Source: Dendrobates tinctorius (lineage: Eukaryota). From it: 64,000 bases of DNA. This document shows, one piece after another, positions 26,100 through 40,615 of this stretch. The notes under the pieces are model-generated. The model saw only the letters and a list, made by a program, of their open reading frames with translations, made no database searches and was not told where the DNA came from. Location of the stretch: positions 19,096,001 through 19,160,000 of the forward strand of contig NW_027361677.1 of NCBI RefSeq assembly GCF_039654945.1. Reading direction: 5' to 3'. Both the position numbers and the translations under genes were made by a program. Every line of letters starts with the position of its first letter. Position 1 is the first letter of the stretch.

Positions 26100-26677
26100 T
26101 AGATCTGATGGCTTTGAGGACCTAGTTGTTTTATAAGGAATGAGAGTATTTTGGGATTGGCATGATTTATTTTTAAGGGGTTCTGCAGTTATCTCTCACT
26201 CCTGCATGAGGAATTGATAGGTGCTGATGACATGGCATCATCAGGATGCATGCATGTCTGGCGGGTGACATTGGTGCGTCCTATTCTAATGCATAAAACG
26301 ACTGCGCAAGACCCGACAAGCACTTGTCGATGCAACATTATCACCTCCCATTAAGGCCAAGTCTATGACTTTAATTTTTGCTTACTTTTCCCTATAACCC
26401 AGTCCCGCATTTTTTTTTTTCTGGTTTCTTAGTGCATCGGAGTAAACTTCCTTCCTTTGATTTATGGTTCACGGAGATAACATAGAATGTGGCGAGACGT
26501 TTCTGACTTTCCCCCCCCTTCCTCCGCCTGCCAGCTGTGGATCCAGCCTTGTGTGTTATGTAGTGTTCGGCTCTGGAGGTGGCCGGCACGGACAAGGATT
26601 GCTTTATTTTGACTATTCAGCAATGGCATCCTCTCCCGAAATGTGACACGGCGTTGTGGGACGTCAGCCAGAAATGA

Positions 26678-26959
<282 letters not shown>

Positions 26960-27010
26960 TGAATATGTAGTATTTCATTACAGCCGCCCTCGTGCATTTT
27001 TGTCTTTTAG

Positions 27011-27329
<319 letters not shown>

Positions 27330-27539
27330 TAAAGTGATTTTCCCGTATTCTAATTGTATTCCTTAGGGGGAATAATTTGTGATTTTGAGAAAACCCTTTT
27401 AATAATACAGAAAATATAATATCAATAATAAATGTCTATTACTATTGATCCAATGGATAAGTGTGGGTCGCCAGTAGAGGGACTTGTATTTTCCGTCTTC
27501 TTCTGGCGCTGCGCCCGCCTGCCTCAGTGCTACAGATAT

Positions 27540-27748
27540 ATACTGTTACCACCCACCTTTCGTGTCTCCCCTTTTTCCCTCATAGATTGTAAGCTTGCGA
27601 GCAGGGCCCTCATTCCTCTTGGTATCTGTTATGATCTATGTGATTATTGTTATGCTGTAATGTCTATTGTCTGTACAAATCCCCTCTGAAATGTAAAGTG
27701 CTGCGGAATATGTCGGTGCCATAGAAATAAAATGTATTATTATTATAA
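27540..27748 (+). mobile_element. L2-type 3' tail fragment (LINE or partner SINE)
   Basis: TAGATTGTAAGCTTGCGAGCAGGGCCCTC...TGTAAAGTGCTGCGGAATATG...(ATT)n; similar to the tail at about 2000-2148. Confidence 0.5.
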
Positions 27749-27799
27749 TGGATCTTGTGGCCAGGGGAGAATAGAGAGCGCTGCCAGTATTTTTACTAG

Positions 27800-27970
<171 letters not shown>

Positions 27971-28036
27971 TAGGGTTGGAGAGGAACGAACACTTTATGG
28001 AGGGCGGAAAAAAAAATGGTTGTAGATTTGCATTGA

Positions 28037-28276
<240 letters not shown>

Positions 28277-28332
28277 TAGGCCCCAATTTTTTTTTTAAGC
28301 CAAACTTGGGCATTTCTTAGTCCATATACATA

Positions 28333-28780
28333 CACTCCCTGACAGAAGTTATGTCGCTTATCCATGTTATGTAAATAAAAGCTTATAACCTGACGTTAAA
28401 TTCATCCATTGGTTGTATAAATTATTCTTTTGAAAGCTGAAACCCTCCGAAATGTGGTTTAGGTTAAGAAAATAAATTGGCATCAATGCAGAAATATTGA
28501 TCATTTAATGGACACTGAATCGTCATATTTTGGCAAGACAAAAGTTGTGTCGGCCACAGAAAGTAATGTGATATTCAAACAAATAATTAACTTAAAATAC
28601 AAATATATGTTGCATAACATTGGTGAATGAAGTTGTGGTGCTATTAGAGTCATAGTTAATATTTTGTGTGACTTCCATGAGCTTGAAGGACTGCATCCAA
28701 CCAATGGGTGAATGTAACGTCAGGTTATAAGCTTTTATTTACATAACATGGATAAGCGACATAACTTCTGTCAGGGAGTG
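28333..28780. mobile_element. Tc1/mariner-type MITE
   Basis: TA|CACTCCCTGACAGAAGTTATGTCGCTTATCCATG... with a perfect TIR of about 60 bp, ending ...CTGTCAGGGAGTG|TA. Confidence 0.85.
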
Positions 28781-28795
28781 TATATAATGTGTGTG

Positions 28796-28842
<47 letters not shown>

Positions 28843-29206
28843 CACTGCGTAAAATATATATATATAATATACACTGTGTGCGTATATATATATATTGCCA
28901 AATGTAGGGTCTGATAGGGCAGTATAAAGCTTTTGGCATGCAGAGATATCTATGAATCCATAGTCACATGGTCAGTAGTCCTCCTACTGAGGGGGGCTCA
29001 AAAGAAAGTTGAAGAATTCAAAAAAGTTAATAAAATGTCAGGCTACCAACATGGCCACTGGACCAGTGACTCTTTGCACCACGCTAGTTTCAGTATATGG
29101 TAAAGGGGGAGAATGAAAGCTCCTGGCCTAAAGCATAATCTGTACCAATGCCCCCCTGCCTTTTATAGTGCTAGGCTCCTACTTGCACAATCTAGGTCAG
29201 CCTTAA

Positions 29207-29473
<267 letters not shown>

Positions 29474-29663
29474 TAGAGATGATGGGACAAGGAATTGTCC
29501 TTCCGTCCACTTATGCAGGTATATTGTTGAGTGGTTGGTAAACGGTACAAAATGAGGCCACGTGTGAGGTCCTGGATCACCTCCTCTCCTTGGGTCTACA
29601 CTGTTATGTGTCAGAGTGCATATAATCCTGATCTACTTATTTCGGATTTTCTTCATGTCGTAG

Positions 29664-29741
29664 GAAGCTCAGCAGCTCGTGGCAATAGCCTACAAGCGCA
29701 CGGAGAAACTATTGCAGGAAAACAAGGACAAACTGCAAATG
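29664..29741 (+). CDS. SPG7: SPG7 exon 16
   Basis: EAQQLVAIAYKRTEKLLQENKDKLQM, 78 nt. Confidence 0.95.
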
Positions 29742-30104
29742 GTAGGAATGTGTATCCCTGCTACATGGCTACCTGTGCCCATATTAGCTTGAAAGTGATG
29801 TTGGTATATACCGGTGGTAAATGGTGTTGATATATACCAGCTTTAAATGGTGTCGGTATATACCAGCTGTAAATGATGTTCGTATGTACCGATGGTAAAT
29901 GGTGTCAGTATGGACCCTGGAAAAGTAAAAAAAAATAAATTAAATTAGACTGCCACCCAGCACGTGGTAAAATCTAGTACCAAATTTCCTTTTGGTGCTT
30001 TGGCATCCAATACTGTAGCCTAATTTCAGGAACAGGTGTATGTTTGTGTTATTTTTCTGTCTCCCCCTTTCTCGCATGTTCACACCTTTTGTCTGTCTCC
30101 GTAG

Positions 30105-30320
<216 letters not shown>

Positions 30321-30388
30321 AAAAAAAGAAAAATAGACATCCGGCCACAGGTCTCCGGACCTAAACTTGACAACCTCTTGGGCATATA

Positions 30389-30419
<31 letters not shown>

Positions 30420-30722
30420 GAGACCATGGACTTTGCGACAGGTGACCGGTGCCCGGTCTGCACTTAGACCCTGATACACCCACGAGTGGCTGAGGGCTAA
30501 AGGCCGCTTCCGAGCAGATTTGCTGCAGAAGTTTCGGTGACTGGTTCATTTATAAGAAAGCAGCTTCTGAAAATCCTTGCACCTGCAGAAGAAACATCCC
30601 GTTGAGATGAATGCAATATATGTACATACCACTGCACCTATGGAGGTGTAAAAACCTCACTCGGAGATTTGCATTTTATATTTAATAGAGCAAATTAAAG
30701 TTGTATTTTTTTTTTTTTTTTG

Positions 30723-30728
30723 AATAAA
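30723..30728 (+). terminator. Likely SPG7 polyadenylation signal AATAAA
   Basis: AATAAA about 400 nt after the stop, followed by a T/GT-rich tract. An ATTAAA variant also lies at about 30694. Confidence 0.6.
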
Positions 30729-31040
30729 AGAAATTAAATGTATTTATTGTGTTTAATTTATGAAGAAAAGAGATGATTTTGTAGCCATTTTGGACCAGTC
30801 AAATGAGGGGTTGTCCTCTCCATAATTTTAACTATTGTCTGCGGGAAACCACCGTGCAAATGCTCATGTTCTGCCGGTATATTAACGGATAAGCACGGCT
30901 GCAAAGATCCCTGTTTATAGTCCCCCTATCCCTGGACACAGGGAAGCGGGTCATTTACAGCAGACAAAGCAATATTTATTGTGTGATAAAAATGGCCTGA
31001 TTCCTCAGGTCAGTATGATTACTGCATGATCTAATTCTAA

Positions 31041-31453
31041 GGCCGGAGTCACACTGTTGTATGGCATCGGATGCGATATGCTAATGAACCTTAGCTCCTG
31101 CTCTGCTGTGAGCGTCAGCCGAGTGTCAGTGCACCGATCCTTTCGCATGACCCGATCGGAGCACTGGAGTGGAAGAGACAGACATGAATTTTTCCATGTC
31201 CTCCATTGTCGGCAGGAATCTCGCTGCACTCGGGTGACATCCGAGTGCAGTGCAATGTTTCACACGCACCCATGGACTTGTATGGGTGCGTGCGATCCGA
31301 CTCTCTGATACAATCACAGCTTGCTGCCAAATTAGCATGAGAAATAAATGAAGACACGAGCTGCCCCATAGTATAACATTAGGCCGAGTGCAATCTGATA
31401 TTTTTTTTATTGGATTGCACTTGTCAGATTAAATCACAAGTGTGAGCCAACCC
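31041..31453. mobile_element. Harbinger/Tourist-type MITE
   Basis: TAA|GGCCGGAGTCACACT ... AGTGTGAGCCAACCC|TAA. Confidence 0.55.
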
Positions 31454-31619
31454 TAAGGGTTGTTTTTTTTTTTTAAATGAAAATATGGTCACCATTTTCT
31501 GAGACTTCTGTTTAATTTTGGGGGGCAATTTTGCTGTGCGAGGGCTTGTTTTTCTTATGTGGCTGGATTCTGTTAGTACTGATACTTTTTTTTTTTTTTG
31601 TACGTTTTGATCGCATATC

Positions 31620-31664
<45 letters not shown>

Positions 31665-32399
31665 TACTTTTTTTTGTTTGTTTATTTTTATAGATAAGTG
31701 TGGCAGCGGAAAATTTACAGTTCTTTGTTTTTGTTTTTCTCCCTATTTACAGCATTTCTTTAATTTTAAACTGGGGGAAATCAAGTAATATGACTTTTAG
31801 AATTTTTATTTGACTTTTCAGATTTTTTTTTTTTTTCATACTTTAAAACTTTTTTATTGGCCCCTAAGGCTATGTGCACACGCTGCGGTTCCGGCCCTGC
31901 AGAACCGCAGCAGTTCCACAGACATGGCGCAGTACCATGTAACCATATGGGTTTTCAAAACTGCGCGTTTTTTTTTCCGCAGCATGTCAATTGTTTCTGA
32001 GGATTTAACATAGTAGAGGTGTGAAACCGCAGCAAATCCGCAGGACGAACGTCTCCCAGAAGTCTATTGAGGCCGGGATCACACGCAAGAAACACGGCTC
32101 TCCGAGCATAGCGATACACGGAGCCGCACGCTCCGATCCGAGTGCCGGGTATTCACTTGAGAGAAAGTTTCAGCCTTGAAGTTTGGGCCTCCATTGACTT
32201 CTATGGGGTTCGGTAGCATTCTGATTCGTTCAAACCGGAAAATCCACTCCTAGAATGATATACACACGGCAACAGCAAATAATGTTATTGCCATTTTGTG
32301 TTTTCAAACTTTATTGCTTCGTGAACATGATTAACCTCTTCAGCCTGGACTGTAAAGTTTCAATAAAGTTGTGTTTGCGTTTCCTCGTCCGGCCCCTCC

Positions 32400-32542
32400 A
32401 TCTTTAGTGCGGGCACGCAACACGTGACGCTACAGATACCGGCGGAAGTGGACGTTCCTTTACGCGTCTTCTGATAGGCTGCCTAATTTCCTTGCTTGTG
32501 ATTGGCTCCGGCGCATCATATCCCATACTGCAACGGGCGCCT
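32400..32542 (+). promoter_or_regulatory. RPL13 promoter
   Basis: ETS/GABP site GCGGAAGTG at about 32442, ACGTGACG, and a reverse CCAAT box at about 32501. Lies directly before a polypyrimidine TCT initiator. YY1-like GCCATTTT is in exon 1. Confidence 0.75.
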
Positions 32543-32920
32543 TCTTCCTTTCTTTTCGGCCATTTTCTCCTCACTGAGGTATGTCTGTCTGCTCCGCGGC
32601 CGCAATGTTTCGCTATCCGTTGCCATCCTCGGTCTCGGTGACGCACCGGATGCCCCGGCCGGGTGGGATTTGATCCTTTGCTCCCGCTCGTTGGTTTGAG
32701 GGGGGTTTTGTGTTGGTTTGGGGCCGGATTGAGGCCTGGTGACCGGAGAGCGGGGTGTACGGGGGATGTCTGTGTGTATGTACAGGGCTCTGCGCTCTCC
32801 TGTGACTCTGCAGGGGGGAAGATATTCGTTGTTGCACCCTCGCAGCGCTCGTGCTACCCCTTCGTGTCTCCCCCATTCCTGCCTGACTCGCTTATTAACT
32901 AGTTATCTTCTGAAGAGTTG

Positions 32921-33706
32921 CAGCGCCGGCCGTGTGTGTGCAGCTGCTCCTCTCCTTCCAGTGTGCGGCTGCTCCTCTCCTTCCAGTGTGCGGCGCCGGC
33001 CGTGTGTGCGCAGCTGCTCCTCTCCTTCCAGTGTGCGGCGCCGGCCGTGTGTGCAGCTGCTCCTCTCCTTCCAGTGTGCGGCGCCGGCCGCGTGTGCGCA
33101 GCTGCTCCTCTCCTTCCAGTGTGCGGCGCCGGCCGCGTGTGCGCAGCTGCTCCTCTCCTTCCAGTGTGCGGCGCCGGCCGCGTGTGCGCAGCTGCTCCTC
33201 TCCTTCCAGTGTGCGGCGCCGGCCGCGTGTGCGCAGCTGCTCCTCTCCTTCCAGTGTGCGGCGCCGGCCGCGTGTGCGCAGCTGCTCCTCTCCTTCCAGT
33301 GTGCGGCGCCGGCCGCGTGTGCGCAGCTGCTCCTCTCCTTCCAGTGTGCGGCGCCGGCCGCGTGTGCGCAGCTGCTCCTCTCCTTCCAGTGTGCGGCGCC
33401 GGCCGCGTGTGCGCAGCTGCTCCTCTCCTTCCAGTGTGCGGCGCCGGCCGCGTGTGCGCAGCTGCTCCTCTCCTTCCAGTGTGCGGCGCCGGCCGCGTGT
33501 GCGCAGCTGCTCCTCTCCTTCCAGTGTGCGGCGCCGGCCGCGTGTGCGCAGCTGCTCCTCTCCTTCCAGTGTGCGGCGCCGGCCGCGTGTGCGCAGCTGC
33601 TCCTCTCCTTCCAGTGTGCGGCGCCGGCCGCGTGTGCGCAGCTGCTCCTCTCCTTCCAGTGTGCGGCGCCGGCCGCGTGTGCGCAGTTGCTCCTCTCCTT
33701 CCAGTG
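32921..33706. repeat. 45-bp CpG-rich minisatellite (GCGCCGGCCGCGTGTGCGCAGCTGCTCCTCTCCTTCCAGTGTGCG), about 17 copies, in RPL13 intron 1
   Basis: Near-identical tandem units; 15-aa periodicity in the ORF track. Confidence 0.97.
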
Positions 33707-34653
33707 TTACCTGTGAGTTGGCTATTAAAGGGTTATGATGTCTCCCAGCAATAGACTGGTGGATAATGTGCTGATCGCAGGGGTCCGACCTCTGGGACCC
33801 TCATCAATGCCAGGAATAAGGTTCTACAGGCCCATCCTTAATAGAGCAGAAATCTCAGAATCCCTGGGGGTCTCACCAGTCAGACCCCGGAAATCAGCAG
33901 GTTTCCTCTATCCTAAGACATCATTTTTGGCAATAGTCATCTCCTACATGGGGTCTGACTTCCAGAATCTGCTTCCTTGGATCAGAGGGGGGATCCCAGT
34001 GGCCAGACCCCCATGATCAGGAAGTTACAATCTGTCCCGTGGCTAGGAGATAGCTTTGTTTTTGGGGACTAACCCTTCAATGACTGTAATTGGCTCAAGT
34101 GTCGTTGCCGTGAGACTTTTTGGGCTCATCCTGGATTGTGTGTGTTTGGTTTCTGCTGATTTCCTCCACAATTGTATTTGATGTCAACCCGATGCGTAGA
34201 TTGGTGTTATGTGGTGTCCGGCCATGAGCCCAGCACAGGAAGAATGAAAACTGAGGGAGCGTGTCACATTTTAAAGTTTTGATCATTGGGGGTTTGGGTG
34301 GTAAGATCCCCCCCCCCCCCCCCCCCACACACACTGTCCTCCAGCGCCCAAGTAGGTGGTCATTAGACTTATTCAGCCAGCTATTCCAATCCGTGGTTTT
34401 CACAAACGGTTCCCATCTCTGCCCCCTGAACACCAATCGTTTAACATTTCTGACAGGTCATGAAAACTTTAAATATTAAAGGGGTTGTGTGCTGGACAGT
34501 CATCTATTGGGTCTGTGCACATATGTGCATACATAAGAATGACCCTGAATCCCTCACTTGGCTGTTGCTATATAACTGCACATGACGCCCGTACAGACAA
34601 AGGATAGACTCGACTAAAAATTTCTTAAACCTTTTTTGTTTTGTAGGGATTAA

Positions 34654-34764
<111 letters not shown>

Positions 34765-34822
34765 TAAGCTCACAGGTGTCTTGTAGAAAGATCCGCTGAA
34801 GTGTGTGTGGTCTAGGTCTACA

Positions 34823-34900
34823 TTCAGATGATGACACATTCTCCGGAATCTCTGCAGCTTCTGTGATGAATCCATGTTTGAACCCCTTTCAGCCTGATGA
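34823..34900 (+). ncRNA. SNORD68: Box C/D snoRNA SNORD68 (HBII-202), copy A, RPL13 intron 2
   Basis: Box C ATGATGA 34828-34834. Guide TCTCCGGAATC is complementary to 18S GAUUCCGGAGA. C' GTGATGA; box D CTGA 34894-34897; external stem GGTCTACA/TGTAGACC. RPL13 is the known host gene. Confidence 0.9.
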
Positions 34901-35351
34901 CTGTAGACCGCGACGTGTGATGGAATGATCGCATTTTCAGTGTATTGGTGACCTAGAACAGCTAGATCACTTCCTGGCATTACAACTGTCCAGTATTGGG
35001 ATAAGTGATAACTTGTAGACATGTGGGGGTCTGATGTCTACGACCCACACTGTTCGACAGAACCCTCATTTTTTACATCCGCTACATTCATTCTCCATGG
35101 GGCTGCTGGAAAGAGCTGAGCACAGTAATTGGCAGTCCAATAGAGAGTGAATAGAGCATTTATGCTAATGGGGGAGAAATGGGTTCCATTGTTTGGAGTC
35201 CACCTATCCCATAGGTTAGATGATCACGTATCTTCACTGGACAACTTCTCTAACTGAAAGTTATTGCAGAAAACCATGATCTGTGCGGCTTTGCCTGAAG
35301 TACGCCACTTTTGGCGGAAGAACCTAATGTGCTTTCTCTTAACCCAAATAG

Positions 35352-35493
35352 GCGTAAGACACGTCAGGCCAAAGCCCGCCTGATCGCTCCAAGGCCCGTT
35401 TCAGGACCAGTCAGGCCAGTGGTAAGATGTCCGACCGTCAGATACCACACAAAGGTGCGACTTGGAAGAGGCTTCAGTCTGGAGGAACTCAAG
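35352..35493 (+). CDS. RPL13: RPL13 exon 3
   Basis: [47 protein letters not shown], 142 nt. Confidence 0.97.
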
Positions 35494-35933
35494 GTGAGCT
35501 GGCAATATGGCTGTTGGTAAACTTTAAGTGGGGGGAAAAAACCGTTTTCAACAAAAAACGTACTGAATAACATTTGTAACCAACGGAATCCCAAATACAA
35601 ATTTACAAGACCAGGGAAAATGAAATCATAATCCCAAGCTGAAAGCATCAGCTCCAATCAGAGAACAAGGAGAAATAGAAGCAAAACGATGTCCTTAATT
35701 AAAGATAAGTCCATTTTTATTGATAAATATACAAAACTACATATAGAATCACACGAATAAAGTGCCAGTACAATGCATAAAAATAACCCCCGCGCCCTCA
35801 AAATACCTCAGTAGAACAACCTCATGTAAAAATGCAAGTCAAGTGAAAGACAAAGGGGTAGTAAAATGTCCGCTGGCACTTTATTCGTGTGATTCTATAT
35901 GTAATTTTAAAAATTGACCTTTTTTATCTTTAA

Positions 35934-38900
35934 CCCCTTCACCCCCAAGGGTGGTTTGCACGTTCATGACCGGGCCAATTTTTACAATTCTGACCACTGT
36001 ACCTTTATGAGGTCATAACTCTCGAACGCTTCCATGGATCCCGGTGATTCTGACATTGTTTTCTCGTGACATATTGTAATTCATGTTAGTGGTAAAATTT
36101 CATTCAAATAACTTGCGTTTATTTGTGAGAAAAACGGAAATTTGGCGAAAATTTTGAAAATTTCGCAATTTTCCAACTTTGAATTTTTATGCCCTTAAAT
36201 CACAGAGATAAGGCACACAAAAAACTTGATAACTAACATTTCCCACATGTTTACTTTACATCAGCACAATTTTGGAACCAAAATTTTTTTTTGTTAGAAA
36301 GTTATAAGGGTTAAAAGTTGACCAGCGATTTCTCATTTTTACAACACCATTTTATTTTTAGGACCACATCACATTTGAAGCCACTTTGAGGGGTCTATAT
36401 GATAGAAAATACACAAAAGTGACACCATTCTAAAAACTGCACCCCTTAAGGTGCTCAAAACCACATTCAAGAAGTTTATTAACCCTTTAGGTGCGTCACA
36501 GGAATTTTTTTGAATATTTTAAAAAAAATGAACATCTAACTTTTTTTCATAAAAAAAATACTTCAGGTTCAATTTTTTTTATTTTACCAAGGGTAACAGG
36601 AGAAATTGAACTGCAAAAGTTATTGTGCAATTTGTCCTGAGTACGCAGATACCTGATATGTGGGGGGGAACGACTGTTTCGGCGCATGGCAGAGCTCAGA
36701 ATGGAAGGAGCGCCGTTTGACTTTTTCAATGCAAAATTGGCTGGAATTCAGATTGGACGCCATGTCACGTTTGGAGAGTCCCTGATGTACCTAAACAGTG
36801 GAAACCCCCTACAAGTGACCCCATTTTGGAAAGTAGACCCCCCAAGGAACTTATCTAGATATGTGGTGAGAACTTTGAACCCACAAGGGCTTTACAGAAG
36901 TTTATAACATACAGCGGTACAATTAAAAAATCATATTTTTTCCACAAAAATGATCTTTTCACCCCAATTTTTATTTTCCCAAGGGTAACAGGACCCTAAA
37001 AGTTATTGTGCAATTTGTGCTGAGTACGCTGATACCCCACATGTGGGGGTAAACCACTATTTGGGCGCATGGCAGAGCTCGGAAGGGAAGCAGCGCCATT
37101 TGACGTTTTTGGCTGGAATTGAGATCGGACACCATGTCGCGTTTGGAAAACCCCTGATGTACCAAAACAGTGGAAACCCCCCACAAATGACACCATTTTG
37201 GAAACTAGACCCCCTAAGGAACTTATCTAGATGTGTGGTGAGAACTTTGAACCCCCATGGGCTTCACAGAAGTTTATAACATAAAGCCATACAATTAAAA
37301 AATCATATTTTTTAAACAAAAATGATCTTTTCACCCTCAATTCTTATTTTTCCAAGGGTAACAGGACCCTAAAAGTTATTGTGCAATTTGTCCTGAGTAC
37401 GCTGATACCCCACATGTGGGGGTAAACCACTATTTGGGGGCATGGCAGAGCTCGGAAGGGAAGCAGCGCCATTTGACGTTTTTGGCTGGAATTGAGATCG
37501 GACACCATGTCGCGTTTGGAAAACTCCTGATGTACCAAAACAGTGGAACCCCCCACAAATGACACCATTTTGGAAACTAGACCCCCTAAGGAACTTATCT
37601 AGATGTGTGGTGAGCACTTTGACCCCCCCAGTGCTTCACAGAAGTTTACAACGCCCGGGCGTGAAAATAAAAAATTCTTATTTTTTCCACAAACATGATC
37701 TTTTAGTCACCATTTTTTTATTTTCCCAAGGGTACCAGGAGAAATTGGACCCCAAAAGTTGTTGTCCAATTTGTCCTGAGTACGCTGCTACCCCATATGT
37801 TGGAGAAAACTACTGTATGGGCACACGTCGGGGCTCGGAAGGGAAGTAGTGACGTTTTGGAATGCAGACTTTGATGGAATGGTCTGCGGGTGTCATGTTG
37901 CCTTTGGAGAGCCCCTAATGTACCTAAACAGTGGAAACCCCCCACAAATGACACCATTTTGTAAACTAGACCCCCCAAGGAACTTATCTAGATGTGTGGT
38001 GAGCACTTTGACCCCCCCAGTGCTTCACAGAAGTTTACAACGCCCGGGCGTGAAAATAAAAAATTCGTATTTTTTCCACAAACATGATCTTTTAGTCACC
38101 ATTTTTTTTATTTTCCCAAGGGTACCAGGAGAAATTGGACCCCAAAAGTTGTTGTCCAATTTGTCCTGAGTACGCTGACACCCCATATGTGGGAGAAAAC
38201 TACTGTATGGACACACGTCGGGGCTCGGAAGGGAAGCAGTGACGTTTTGGAACGCAGACTTTGATGGAATGGTCTGCGGTTGTCATGTGCGTTTGGAGAG
38301 CCCCTGATGTACCTAAACTATTGAAACTCCCCACAAGTGACCCCATTTTGGACACTAGACCCCCCACGGAACTTATCTAGATGTGTGGTGAGCACTTTGA
38401 ACCCCCAAGTTTATAACACTCGGACGTGAAAATAAAAAAATCATTTTTTTTCCACAAAAATGATATTTTTGCCCCCAATTTTTTATTTTCCTAAGGGTAA
38501 CAGGAGAAATTGGACCCCAAAAATTGTTTTGCAATTTGTCCTGAGTAGGCTGATACCCTACATGAGGGGGTAAAACACTGTTTGGGCGCATAGCAGAGCT
38601 TGGAAGGGAAGGAGCACCATTTGACTTTTTCAACTCAGAATTGGCTGGAATTGAGATCAGACGCCATGTTGCATTTGGAGAGCCCCTGATGTGCCCAAAC
38701 AGTGGAAACCCCCAATTCTAACTCCAACCCGAACCCCAACACGNNNNNNNNNNNNNNNNNNNNNNNNNNNNNNNNNNNNNNNNNNNNNNNNNNNNNNNNN
38801 NNNNNNNNNNNNNNNNNNNNNNNNNNNNNNNNNNNNNNNNNNNNNNNNNNNNNNNNNNNNNNNNNNNNNNNNNNNNNNNNNNNNNNNNNNNNNNNNNNNN

Positions 38901-40398
38901 NNNNNNNNNNNNNNNNNNNNNNNNNNNNNNNNNNNNNNNNNNNNNNNNNNNNNNNNGAAATAAATACATTTTTTTTATTTTATTATTTTTCCCTAACTAA
39001 AGGGGTGATAACGGGGGGTTTGATTTACTATTTATGGCGGTTTTTATGTTTGGCGGCTGTCGCACGCTAAAAGACGCTTTTTATTGTAAAAATAGTTTTT
39101 GCATCACCACATATTGAGAGCTATAATTTTTCCGTATTTTGACCCACCGAGTCATGTGAGGTCTTATTTTTTGCGGGACGAGTTGACGTTTTTATTGGTA
39201 CCATTTTCGGGCACGTGAAATTTTTTGATCGCTTTTTATTCCGATTTTTGGGACGCAGAATGAACAAAAACCAGCGTTTCATGAATTTCTTTTGGGGGGG
39301 GTGCGTTTACACCGTTCCGCGTGCGGTAAAATTGATAAAGCGCTTTTATTCTTCGGGTCAGTACGGTTACAGCGATACCTCATTTAGGTCGTTTTTTTAT
39401 GTTTTTGTCGGTTTTATGCAATGAAAACTATTTTATATAAAAAATAATTATTTTTGCATCGCTTTATTCTGCGAGTTATAACTTTTTTATTTTTTTGCTG
39501 ATGATGTTGTGTGGCGGCTTGTTTTTTGCGGGACAAGATGACGTTTTCAGCGGTACCATGGATATTTATATGCGTCTTTTTGATCTCGCGTTATTGCACT
39601 TTTTGTTTGGCGGTATGATAATAAATCATTATTTTTTGCTTCGTTTTTTATTTTTATTTTTTAAGGGGTTCGCTAAAGGGGTTAACTAATGGGACAGTTT
39701 TATAGGGCAGGTCGTTACGGACGCGGCGATACCTAATATGTGTACATTTATTGTTTTTGTTTTTTTATTATTTTAAAAAAATGAATTTATTGGGGAATAT
39801 TTTTTTTTTTTTTTTAAATTTATTTTTACACTTTTTTTTTAATTTTTTTTTTACTTTATTACATAGTCCCAGGTGGGACATCACTGTCCTGTGACAGATC
39901 ACTGATCTGTCACATCACAGATCACTGTGACAGATCAGCAATCTGTCACAGGCAGTGCACAAGGCTTCCTCATGCCTGCGCTTTGCAGGCACTGAGGAAG
40001 CCAGCTTCCCCAGGCCCCCGAAGGCCCCCGTCGCCATCTTGGATTCGGGGGCCTGGAGGATAGGAGTCCCCCGCAGCAGCGCTGCACATTGCGCTGCCGT
40101 GGGGGGCTCAGGGAAGCACGGAGGGAGCCCCCTCCCTGCCGATGCTTCCCTTTAACTCCCGGTACACCGCGATCGCGTTTGATCGCGGTGTGCAAGGGGT
40201 TAATGTGTCGGGGGCGGTCCGTGACCGCCCCTGACACATTGTGCCGGGTGTCAGCTGTGATAATCAGCTGACACCCGGCCGCGATCAGCGGCGCTCACCA
40301 CGTGGGCGCCGCTGATCGCGGTAGACGTACTATCCCGTCCCCGGTCATACGGGCCCGGGTACCGTGGACGGGATAGTACGTCTCATGTCAGGAAGGGG
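35934..40398. mobile_element. Non-autonomous piggyBac-type element with internal ~370-390-bp tandem repeats
   Basis: TTAA|CCCCTTC ... GAAGGGG|TTAA. At least 6 internal repeat units at about 36400-38720. No transposase ORF. Spans an assembly gap. Confidence 0.75.
38744..38956. other. Assembly gap (213 N)
   Basis: Run of N. Confidence 1.
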
Positions 40399-40615
40399 TT
40401 AAAGACATCATTTTGCTCCTATTTCTCGTTCTCATATGAATAACGTGTGTGCAGTCTATGAATTTGTTCTGAGGAATAGTATCGCCTCCATCAGATCCTC
40501 CTCCATAGAGGACCTCATTATTTTAAGGCTAGAGAACAACCTCTCTACAGTATCTTGAGTTAATGGCAAAGCAGTAACCACATGGGTAATATCTCTAACA
40601 ATTTCAGGGTCTAAG

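Noticed and set aside
32739-33754. Three overlapping 268-325 aa ORFs
   Set aside because: Translations of the 45-bp minisatellite in RPL13 intron 1.
38691-39070. ORFs with poly-X
   Set aside because: They span the N gap.
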